In this document: positions 54,740 through 62,259 of the stretch, in pieces
Layout: the number at the start of each line of letters is the position of its first letter
Numbering within the stretch: position 1 is the first letter of the stretch
NCBI GenBank assembly: GCA_001917905.1
Contig: MNEX01000136.1
Coordinates: 10,711 to 74,710 of the forward strand
DNA: 64,000 nt
Source: Acidobacteria bacterium 13_1_40CM_65_14
GTDB taxonomy: Bacteria > Acidobacteriota > Vicinamibacteria > Vicinamibacterales > CAVVIG01
Direction: 5' to 3'
Notes under the pieces: model-generated
The model's input: the letters and a program-made list of their open reading frames with translations, nothing else
What the model was told of the DNA's origin: nothing
The model's database searches: none
Program-made: the position numbers and the translations under genes

Positions 54740-55072
54740 CTACCTCATGGCCGGAGCCGAACGCTTCCGCGTCAATGACGCAAGTTGCCGTTCGAGCGCT
54801 CGTACTTGCTTCTTCAACTCTTCGTTCTGGGCCGACAACATCTGCTTGCCGGGTGAAAAATGGTGATCGAACTTCCACCAATCGAGGCCGATCTGCTCCG
54901 CCTTGTCGATCGAGCAGATCAGCAGCCGAATCCGGATCGTCAGCAGCTCGACTTCGGCGAGCGAGACCTTGATGTCGCCCGCCACCACGAGGCCCTTGTC
55001 GAGAATGCGGTCGAGAACATCGACCAGACCCGTGGATCGTCCATGCCCCCCTTCAGTCAGTGACGTCGGCAT
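54740..55072 (-). CDS. gvpJ: Gas vesicle protein GvpJ-like (GvpA/J family)
   Basis: GLVDVLDRILDKGLVVAGDIKVSLAEVELLTIRIRLLICSIDKAEQIGLDWW. Confidence 0.85.
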   Translation of the reverse strand: MPTSLTEGGHGRSTGLVDVLDRILDKGLVVAGDIKVSLAEVELLTIRIRLLICSIDKAEQIGLDWWKFDHHFSPGKQMLSAQNEELKKQVRALERQLASLTRKRSAPAMR

Positions 55073-55081
55073 AGGTTCGGT

Positions 55082-55087
55082 ATTCTA
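55082..55087 (-). promoter_or_regulatory. -10-like hexamer TAGAAT, 9 nt before the gvpJ ATG
   Basis: Gene strand: gttgcgTAGAATaccgaacctATG. Confidence 0.3.
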
Positions 55088-55142
55088 CGCAACTTTTTCG
55101 GACGCTCGCTTGGCTTGACGGGGGCGAGGACTGGCTTATCTC

Positions 55143-55158
55143 AGCAATGGTCGTACCA
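55143..55158 (-). promoter_or_regulatory. Sigma-54-type -24/-12 promoter candidate upstream of the gvp cluster
   Basis: Gene strand: TGGTACGACCATTGCT versus consensus TGGCACG-N4-TTGCW. One mismatch, correct spacing, about 70 nt upstream of the gvpJ ATG. Confidence 0.35.
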
Positions 55159-55243
55159 CAAATGTTACGGAACAAATTCGCGCCGGCCATCAGATGCCCG
55201 CATCAAAGCCCGACGGTAGCGCGAGGCTCATCGTACTGATTCC

Positions 55244-55951
55244 TTACAGCTCGATGAGTTGGGCGGGCTCATCGATGACGTAGTCGCCGGGCCGCAGTTC
55301 TTCGAGCGGAAATCCCTCGAAGCCAAATCCATAACGCGCAACACAAATGGACGAGGACGCGCGTCGCGCTGTCTGCCAATCGATGATCGAATCGCCGACG
55401 AGCAGAGTGTCGCCCTGTGCAGTTCCGGCGCGCGAGACGAGATGGTGAAGGCCGGTGGGATCGGGTTTGCGCGGAAACGGTCCATCGCCGCCGACGATCG
55501 CGTCCTCGTCGAAGAACCGCGCGAGATCGAGACCCGCGAGAATGCGCCGTGTCGACGCGAGCGGTTTGTTGGTCAGCACCGCCAGCGGCGCGCGAGAGGC
55601 GAGCGCCTCGAGGACGTCGGGAATGCCGTGGTACGCGCGCGTGTGATTCAGCAGCCCGCGGCCATAGATCGCGAGAAACCGTTCAAGCGCATCGGGCGGC
55701 CGCTCGATTCCGCTCGCCGCGAACGCGCGCGCGACGAGCGTCGCGGCGCCGGCGCCCACCATGCGACCGATGCGATCTTCGGCCAGCGGCTCCGCGCCGC
55801 AGTCACGCAGCAGCAGATTCGCGGCGTCGGCGATGTCCTTGCGCGAATCGATGAGTGTGCCGTCGAGGTCGAACACGATGAGGCGAAAGGAACCCGTCAC
55901 GACGGTAGTGTCCCGACTCCGAAGTTCGCTGACATTTTCCGGGCGGGGCAT
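55244..55951 (-). CDS. HAD-superfamily phosphatase (phosphoglycolate phosphatase-like)
   Basis: LIVFDLDGTLIDS ... LTNKP ... LLVGDSIIDWQTA. Confidence 0.85.
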   Translation of the reverse strand: MPRPENVSELRSRDTTVVTGSFRLIVFDLDGTLIDSRKDIADAANLLLRDCGAEPLAEDRIGRMVGAGAATLVARAFAASGIERPPDALERFLAIYGRGLLNHTRAYHGIPDVLEALASRAPLAVLTNKPLASTRRILAGLDLARFFDEDAIVGGDGPFPRKPDPTGLHHLVSRAGTAQGDTLLVGDSIIDWQTARRASSSICVARYGFGFEGFPLEELRPGDYVIDEPAQLIEL

Positions 55952-56068
55952 CCCGGCGGGCTGCGTTGCTCGTCGCTCACATATTCCCGATATGCTCGCT
56001 CCTCGCGCCTTGCCGGCCGGGCGCCGCGCCCGGAAAATTTGTCACCGAACTTCGAAGTCGGGACACTA

Positions 56069-56123
56069 GAACGCAAAGCCCGCGAAGACCGCAGAGAGAA
56101 TTCTCTTTGCGTCCTTTGCGACC
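56069..56123. repeat. Hairpin repeat (CGCAAAG/CGCAGAG-type arms)
   Basis: gaacgcaaagcccgcgaagaccgcagagagaattctctttgcgtcctttgcgacc. Confidence 0.75.
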
Positions 56124-56130
56124 TGTGGGT

Positions 56131-56538
56131 TCAATCGTTGGTCCGGTATTCGGCGAAGGATGTCGGTGTTTCCCAGACGGTCACGCGGACGACAGGCAAT
56201 CCGTGCTCCGCCGCCTTGTCGAAGATCAGCCGCGCAATGCGCTCGACCGTCGGGTTGCTGTCGACGATGTAAATGGGCTCGCCCAGCGTCTGCAGCGGCG
56301 CGACGAGCGGATCGTCCTGGCGCAGGATCATCTTGTGGTCGAGCTCGCGGTCGATCCACCCCTTGACCACGCGCTTGATATCGCTGAAATCGCAGACCAT
56401 GTTGCGGTTGTCGAGCGTCCCGGTCCGCACTTCGATCTCGGCCACCGCGTTGTGGCCGTGGGGATGCTTGCAGATGCCGTCGTAGTCGAGCAGCCGGTGG
56501 CCGTAGCAGAAATCTATCCGTTTCGTGACGGAGTACAT
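56131..56538 (-). CDS. queD: 6-carboxy-5,6,7,8-tetrahydropterin synthase QueD
   Basis: MYSVTKRIDFCYGHRL...CKHPHGHN ... WETPTSFAEY. Confidence 0.9.
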   Translation of the reverse strand: MYSVTKRIDFCYGHRLLDYDGICKHPHGHNAVAEIEVRTGTLDNRNMVCDFSDIKRVVKGWIDRELDHKMILRQDDPLVAPLQTLGEPIYIVDSNPTVERIARLIFDKAAEHGLPVVRVTVWETPTSFAEYRTND

Positions 56539-56605
56539 TTTTTCTTTCTCGCGTGGGGCCCACCCCCACGCGCCGCCACGCCTCGCCTTCGGCTCGGCGC
56601 GCTGG
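56539..56605. repeat. GC-rich palindromic element immediately upstream of queD
   Basis: Gene strand: GCCGAGCCGAAGGCGAGGCGTGGCGGCGCGTGGGGGTGGGCCCCACGCGAGAAAGAAAAAATG. Confidence 0.8.
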
Positions 56606-56659
56606 TCAGCAGCGACTTTCCGCTCAGTCAACTTCTGCCGGACGCGGCCGATTGTGTCA

Positions 56660-56665
56660 TAGAAT
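56660..56665 (+). promoter_or_regulatory. -10-like hexamer TAGAAT, 9 nt before the queC ATG
   Basis: tgtgtcaTAGAATcgccgtcacATG. Confidence 0.3.
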
Positions 56666-56674
56666 CGCCGTCAC

Positions 56675-57349
56675 ATGAGCGTGACGGCGGTGCTGTTGTC
56701 GGGCGGATTGGACAGCGCGGTCCTCGCCGCGGAAGAAGCGGCGCGTGCTGAGATTCAACCGATCTACGTGAGCGTCGGGCTGGCCTGGGAAGACGCCGAG
56801 CGCGCGATGCTGTCGCGACTGCTCGCCGCGGATCGGTTTCGCGCGCGCGTGCGGCCGCTCGTCGCGCTGACCGTGGACATGCGCGATGTGTATGCGGCGA
56901 CGCACTGGGCCGTGCAGGGGACGCCGCCCGCGTATCACACGCCCGACGAGGACGTGTACCTTCCCGGCCGCAACGTCATCCTGCTCGGCAAGGCGGGGGT
57001 CTTCTGCGCCGCCGTGCGGATCGATCGCCTCGCGCTCGGCACGCTCGGTCACAATCCGTTTCCTGATGCGACACCAGCGTTCCGATCCGCGATGGCGGAG
57101 GCGTTGTCGCTCGGCCTCGCGCACGCGCTGGCCATCGACGCGCCGTTTGCGGACATGAGCAAAGGTGACGTCGTTCGCCGCGGCGCCGCGCTCGGCGTGC
57201 CGTTCGAGCTGACGCTCTCCTGCATGAGCCCCGTCGATCTCACCCACTGCGGAACGTGCAGCAAATGCCGCGAGCGACACGACGCATTCGTCGAGGCGGG
57301 CCTCGCCGATCCCACCGGGTACGCAGATGAACGGTACGTCCACGCGTAA
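56675..57349 (+). CDS. queC: 7-cyano-7-deazaguanine synthase QueC(-like)
   Basis: AVLLSGGLDSAV (PP-loop) ... LPGRN ... C-terminal CMSP...CGTCSKCRER zinc-Cys cluster. Divergent from queD. Confidence 0.8.
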   Translation: MSVTAVLLSGGLDSAVLAAEEAARAEIQPIYVSVGLAWEDAERAMLSRLLAADRFRARVRPLVALTVDMRDVYAATHWAVQGTPPAYHTPDEDVYLPGRNVILLGKAGVFCAAVRIDRLALGTLGHNPFPDATPAFRSAMAEALSLGLAHALAIDAPFADMSKGDVVRRGAALGVPFELTLSCMSPVDLTHCGTCSKCRERHDAFVEAGLADPTGYADERYVHA

Positions 57350-58193
57350 CCGGTTGGCGCTGTCGGCCGCGATCGGCCTGCTCGCTGCCGCCGCGGCGGC
57401 GCAGTCGTCTGCGACCGTCGACGAGATCGTCGCGCGCGTCGGCGCGCGCGTCGACGAATACTTTCACCGTGCCGAGAGCATCGTGTGCCTCGAGCGCGTC
57501 ATGGTGCAGCCGATTCGCAGCGACCTGACGCCGGAAGGATTCGCGCGGGTGCTCGAATACGATCTGCGCGTCACCTGGGAACGATCCGCCGGCGGCGAGA
57601 CGCCTGAAGCCAAGGTGCTGCGGCAGCTCAGAAAGATCAACGGCCGCGACGCGCGTGCCGGGGCGGAACCCAAGTGTATGGACCCCAAGGCGGTGTCGCC
57701 GGAACCGCTCGCGTTCCTGCTGCCGTCCAAGCGCGACGACTACGTCTTCGCGCTGTCTGGCGCGGGCCGCGACCGCAACCGCGCCGCGCTGATCCTCACC
57801 TACAAGGCGCGAGCGTTCGGCAAAGCCGAAGTGACGCACAAAGACGACTGCACCAACATCGAGCTGCCAGGCTGGATGAAGGGGCGCATCTGGGCGGACC
57901 CGGCCACGCACGACGTGCTGCGGCTCGAAGAAACGCTCGCGAGGCGCTTCGATTTCCGGACGCCGATCGAACACGCGCGCTTCGGAGGCGACGACACGGC
58001 GGTTCTGGAGCGGGCTGACACGTCGATTCGCTATCGGCCCGTGACGTTCACGGATCCCGAAGAAACGGTGCTGCTGCCTGAATCGATCGAGTCGCTGACG
58101 CTCGTGCGCGGCGGCGGACGAATCGGGAATCGAACGGTCCAGACCTTTTCCGGATACAAACGCTTCGTGACCGCCGGCCGCCTCGTGAAATAG
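57327..58193 (+). CDS. Secreted hypothetical protein
   Basis: Signal-like LALSAAIGLLAAAAAAQS. No family recognised. Confidence 0.5.
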   Translation: MNGTSTRNRLALSAAIGLLAAAAAAQSSATVDEIVARVGARVDEYFHRAESIVCLERVMVQPIRSDLTPEGFARVLEYDLRVTWERSAGGETPEAKVLRQLRKINGRDARAGAEPKCMDPKAVSPEPLAFLLPSKRDDYVFALSGAGRDRNRAALILTYKARAFGKAEVTHKDDCTNIELPGWMKGRIWADPATHDVLRLEETLARRFDFRTPIEHARFGGDDTAVLERADTSIRYRPVTFTDPEETVLLPESIESLTLVRGGGRIGNRTVQTFSGYKRFVTAGRLVK

Positions 58194-58303
58194 GGCGCCT
58201 GCGGCCACGCTGAGCCGCGGCCATGCGATGCCGCGGCGAAGCGTCAGCGTCAGTTCGCGCCGGGGGTACAGGGGCCCGGCGCCAGTGCAATGAAGGAGGT
58301 CCG

Positions 58304-59662
58304 ATGTCCCGCGTCGTCCCGCGTCGAGTGATCCTGTTCATCGCCGGAGCGCTCGCCGCCGCGGCGGCGTCGCTCTCGGCGATCACGCCGCCGTCGGTCA
58401 AGTTCACCGACACCAAACTGAAGAACGGCCTGCGACTCATCGTCGCCGAGGATCACGTCGCGCCGGTCATTTCCGTCGCCGTGGTCTACAACGTCGGGTC
58501 GCGCGACGAACGCGCGGGCCGCACCGGGTTCGCGCATCTCTTCGAGCACATGATGTTCAAGGGATCGGAGAACGTCGGACCGGGCGAGCACTTCTACACG
58601 GTTTTCGCCAACGGCGGGACGATGAACGGCACGACGAGCAAGGAGCGCACGCTGTACTTCGAGACCATGCCCGCCAATCAGCTCGAGGCGGCGCTGTTCC
58701 TCGAGGCCGATCGCATGCGGTCGCTGGCGATCGTCAAGGAGAACCTCGACAACCAGCGGAAGGCGGTGCAGGAAGAGCGGCGTGAGAGATTGGACAACCA
58801 GCCGTACGGCCGCACGAACGAAGCGATCGACGAGCTCGCGTTCGACAATCCCGCCTACAAACACTCGGTGATCGGATCGATGGACGACCTGACCGCCGCC
58901 TCCGCGCAGGACGTCGCGTCGTTCTTCCAGACGTACTACGCGCCGAATAACGCGATCATGGCGGTGACCGGAGACGCCACGGTGGCGAAGGTCCACGAGC
59001 TCGCCCGCAAGTATTTCGAGTCGATTCCCGCGCAGCCCGCACCGCCACCGGTCGACATCATTCAGCCGCCGCAGAACGGCGAGCGGCGGCTGGCGCTCGA
59101 GGATGCACTCGCGCGGCTGCCGCGGCTCGACGTCAGTTATCGCATTCCGTCCAGCCTGTCGGCGGACGACTATCCAGTCGAAGTGCTGACACAGATTCTG
59201 TCCGGTGGACACAGCTCGCGGTTCTACGAGACCATCGTGCGGCAGAAGCAGCTCGCCGTGTCGGCCAGCGCGTTCGCTCCGGACAGCCGCGGTCCGCGCC
59301 TCCTGCGCATCGTCGCGACTCCGACGCCGGGCAAATCGATCGACGATCTCGAGGCCGCGGTGTACGCCGAGATCGAGCGCGTGAAGACCGGAACGATCGA
59401 GCCCTGGGAGATCGAGAAAGCCCGCAACACCGCGCAACGTCAATTCGTCGGGCGCCTCGGTCAATCGTTGTCGCGCGCGATCGATCTTGCGGAGTACGCC
59501 GTCGCCTACAACGACCCCGGGCTCATTAACACCTGGTACGACAAGCTCGCGAAGGTGACGGCGGCCGACGTGCAGCGCGTGGCCAGGCAGTACCTGACGC
59601 CAGATAATCGCAGCGTCATCATCACGCGTCCCAAGGCCGGACCGGGAAGAGGAGGGCTGTGA
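58304..59662 (+). CDS. M16-family zinc peptidase (insulinase/pitrilysin type, active subunit)
   Basis: GAAGGAGG SD + ATG. Signal peptide. GFAHLFEHMMFKGS (HxxEH). Confidence 0.9.
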   Translation: MSRVVPRRVILFIAGALAAAAASLSAITPPSVKFTDTKLKNGLRLIVAEDHVAPVISVAVVYNVGSRDERAGRTGFAHLFEHMMFKGSENVGPGEHFYTVFANGGTMNGTTSKERTLYFETMPANQLEAALFLEADRMRSLAIVKENLDNQRKAVQEERRERLDNQPYGRTNEAIDELAFDNPAYKHSVIGSMDDLTAASAQDVASFFQTYYAPNNAIMAVTGDATVAKVHELARKYFESIPAQPAPPPVDIIQPPQNGERRLALEDALARLPRLDVSYRIPSSLSADDYPVEVLTQILSGGHSSRFYETIVRQKQLAVSASAFAPDSRGPRLLRIVATPTPGKSIDDLEAAVYAEIERVKTGTIEPWEIEKARNTAQRQFVGRLGQSLSRAIDLAEYAVAYNDPGLINTWYDKLAKVTAADVQRVARQYLTPDNRSVIITRPKAGPGRGGL

Positions 59663-61185
59663 TGGGTACGCGGGCCGACGTCGTCGCGCTGAATCAACTA
59701 TCTTCTTTCCTTCGCGTGCTTTGTGTCCTCTGTGTCCTTTGTGTTCCGTCAGCCCTGGCGTCAGGCATTACCGCCGCCGTGCAGGACCAGCCGTCGCCGA
59801 CGAAGGGCGTCGTCAAGAAGGGCAAGGTCCCGGTCTCGAACGAGATTCTGAAAATCAGGCTGCCCAAGCCAGTGGAAGCCGATCTGCCGAACGGCCTCCA
59901 CCTCATGGTCCTCGAGGATCATCGGCTGCCGCAGGTCTCGTTTCAGATCTTCATTCCGGGTGCCGGCGGCTATTATGACCCGGCCGATCAACCCGGCTTG
60001 GCCTCGTTCGTGGCGGCGCTGATGCGCGAAGGCACCGTGTCGCGTCGCTCCGAACAGATTTCGCAGCAGCTCGAAGTGATGGCCGCGAACTTGACGCTCA
60101 CGGCGGGAGCCTCGAGCGTCGAGGCGACGATCGCCGGCTCGAGCCTCAGCGATCAAATCGATCGGCTGCTCGACGTGACGGCCGACGTGCTGCTCCACCC
60201 ATCGTTTCCCGAAGAGGAGCTCGCGCGGTACAAACAGCGCACGCGCGCGCAGCTGATGCAGCAGCGTGCGAATCCCAATTTCCTCGCGGCCGAGATGTAC
60301 AGCCGCGTGGTGTACGGCGCGCATCCAGCCTCGCGGTTGTCGTCGTCGGTCGCCGCGCTGGATCGCGCGACACGAGACGGGCTGACGTCCTTTCACCGCG
60401 CGCACTACGTACCGGATCACGCCGCCATGGCGGTGGCGGGCGACATTTCAGTGGCGGAGGCGCGCAAGCTCGTCGAGGCCAAGTTCAGTGCCTGGACGAA
60501 AACCGGCGCCGCTGCGCCGGCCGTCTCCGATCCGTCGGCGCTCGCCGGCTCGAAGATCCACTTCATTGGGCGGCCGAATTCCGTGCAGACGACATTGATC
60601 GTCGGCACCCAAGCGATCGCGCGGACCAATCCGGATTACGACGCGCTGCAGGTGATGAATCGAGTGATCGGCGGCGGGCCGACCGGCCGGTTGTTCATCC
60701 ACTTGCGCGAGGAGAAGGGCTACACCTACGGGGCGGGCAGCGCGCTGAACGCGGCCATGTTCCGCGGCGACTGGTCCGCGTCGACCAGCGTGCGCACCGA
60801 AGTGACCGAGCCGGCACTCAACGATCTGCTCGCGGAAATCGGTCAGCTTCGCGATCAGCCGGTGTCGGATCAGGAGCTTGCCGACGCCACACGCGCGATG
60901 GTTGCGTCCTTCGCGTTGTCGCTCGAGTCGCCGGCGCAGTTGCTGAACTATCACGTCACGCGGTGGCGGTACAAGCTGCCGGCGGATTACTGGGACAAGT
61001 ATCCGGACCGGATCTCGGCGGTGACGACGGCGCAGATCCAGGCGGCCGCGCGAAGGTACCTGCTGGCCGAGCGGATGCAGATTGTCGCGGTCGGCGACCC
61101 CGCGAAAGTCGCCGACACGCTCAAGAAGCTCGGTGAAGTGGAGATTTACGATGCCAACGGAAAACGCATCTCGTCGTCGTTCTGA
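59659..61185 (+). CDS. M16-family peptidase, second (HxxEH-less) subunit
   Basis: 508 aa. M16 fold pattern (NGLHLMVLEDHRLPQVSFQIF...) without HxxEH. Overlaps the stop of the upstream M16 gene. Confidence 0.85.
   Translation: MMGTRADVVALNQLSSFLRVLCVLCVLCVPSALASGITAAVQDQPSPTKGVVKKGKVPVSNEILKIRLPKPVEADLPNGLHLMVLEDHRLPQVSFQIFIPGAGGYYDPADQPGLASFVAALMREGTVSRRSEQISQQLEVMAANLTLTAGASSVEATIAGSSLSDQIDRLLDVTADVLLHPSFPEEELARYKQRTRAQLMQQRANPNFLAAEMYSRVVYGAHPASRLSSSVAALDRATRDGLTSFHRAHYVPDHAAMAVAGDISVAEARKLVEAKFSAWTKTGAAAPAVSDPSALAGSKIHFIGRPNSVQTTLIVGTQAIARTNPDYDALQVMNRVIGGGPTGRLFIHLREEKGYTYGAGSALNAAMFRGDWSASTSVRTEVTEPALNDLLAEIGQLRDQPVSDQELADATRAMVASFALSLESPAQLLNYHVTRWRYKLPADYWDKYPDRISAVTTAQIQAAARRYLLAERMQIVAVGDPAKVADTLKKLGEVEIYDANGKRISSSF
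59708..59747. repeat. Tandem 9-nt tract (GGACACAAA-type, single arm) inside the M16B signal peptide
   Basis: ccttcgcgtgctttgtgtcctctgtgtcctttgtgttcc, encoding LRVLCVLCVLCV. Confidence 0.7.
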
Positions 61186-61195
61186 AGACAACAGG

Positions 61196-61259
61196 CAACG
61201 CAGAGACCGCAGAACCCGCAGAGAAAACCAGCTCTGCGTGTTCGGCGTGTTCTGCGTTG
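61196..61259. repeat. Hairpin repeat (CGCAGA-type arms) between convergent genes
   Basis: caacgcagagaccgcagaacccgcagagaaaaccagctctgcgtgttcggcgtgttctgcgttg. Confidence 0.8.
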
Positions 61260-61270
61260 TACGTTCGTGA

Positions 61271-62167
61271 TCAGAAGCGCCGGAGCGTGATCGAGCCGTC
61301 ACCCGTGCGGACGCGCACGTTCGGGCCACCGGAACCGAGCCGGCCGCGGACATTGTTCCGGCTAATTTTTCCGCTGACGTTCGACAGCGTGATGTCGTTC
61401 ATGCGGATGCCGCCATCGCCGGTGTGCGCGTCGAGCTCGCCGTTGAAGCCGTCGGGCAATTCCAGCGTCACCGATCCGTCGCCGGTCACGATGTCCCAAT
61501 CGGACTCCGGCGCGCTGCCCGCGTCGGCGTGAATCGTCACGTTGCCGTCGCCAGACCGCGCGCGGACGCTCGTCATCTTTCCGCTTGCGGTCACGCTGCC
61601 GTCGCCCGTGTCCACGTCGAGTGCGCCGTTGACGCCCTCCAGTTTGATGGGGCCGTCGCCGGTATGCGCTCGCACGTCTCCGGCGAGGTTCCGGCCTCGA
61701 ATGCTGCCATCGCCCGTCCGCAGCTCGAGGCGGCCGGAGATGCGGTCCACGTCAATTGAGCCGTCGCCGCTCCTGGCCGCGATGTTCGCGGTCGCCGGCA
61801 CGGAGACGATGAGCTTCGCCGATCGCGAGTAGTTGAAGTGGATGCCGAAGCCACTCGTCTTCTGCGTCTTGACGTCGACGGTCACCTGATTGCCCTTCTG
61901 GTCCGCGTGAATCTCGATCGTCGCGGCCGCTTCCTTCGAGGTCGCGCGCTTCTCGATGATCACCTCGACCTCGGGCTTGTCCCACGCACGAATCTCAATC
62001 GCGCCGTCGAAGGTCGACAACACGACGTCCGGCGTCCCGCTGGTCGAGAAGCGCTTTTCCTCGCGCTCGACGTACTTGTTGAAGTCGGCGCCGTCCAGGT
62101 TGATGCAGCCAGGGCCGACGAGCAGCAGCACGAAGGAGCCAACGACGAACGTTGAGCGCAAAGCCAT
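61271..62167 (-). CDS. DUF4097-type beta-helical repeat protein (putative adhesin-like), lipoprotein-like leader
   Basis: Repeated (T/S)GDGS(I/V) every ~20 aa: SGDGSIDV, TGDGSIRG, TGDGPIKL, TGDGSVTA, SGDGNVTI, TGDGSVTL, TGDGGIRM, TGDGSITL. Confidence 0.75.
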   Translation of the reverse strand: MALRSTFVVGSFVLLLVGPGCINLDGADFNKYVEREEKRFSTSGTPDVVLSTFDGAIEIRAWDKPEVEVIIEKRATSKEAAATIEIHADQKGNQVTVDVKTQKTSGFGIHFNYSRSAKLIVSVPATANIAARSGDGSIDVDRISGRLELRTGDGSIRGRNLAGDVRAHTGDGPIKLEGVNGALDVDTGDGSVTASGKMTSVRARSGDGNVTIHADAGSAPESDWDIVTGDGSVTLELPDGFNGELDAHTGDGGIRMNDITLSNVSGKISRNNVRGRLGSGGPNVRVRTGDGSITLRRF

Positions 62168-62209
62168 GACGACAGCCTCCCGCCGCTTAGACGGCCATTC
62201 CGAACCGCG

Positions 62210-62259
62210 AGTTCTCAGTTCAACGTTCTCAGTTCAAAGCGCTTAGTTCTCAGTTCTCG
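62210..62259. repeat. Tandem GTTCTCAGTTC tract
   Basis: gagttctcagttcaacgttctcagttcaaagcgcttagttctcagttctcg. Overlaps the nagA stop. Confidence 0.65.

Noticed and set aside
46507-55243. The gvp cluster as a horizontally acquired genomic island
   Set aside because: There is no flanking tRNA, integrase or transposase, and no obvious compositional break by eye. The only flanking or internal repeats are the chromosome-wide REP/hairpin families.
56539-56674. preQ1 riboswitch in the queD/queC divergent region
   Set aside because: No preQ1-type aptamer consensus is visible. The region is occupied by the GC-rich palindromic element and a -10-like hexamer.
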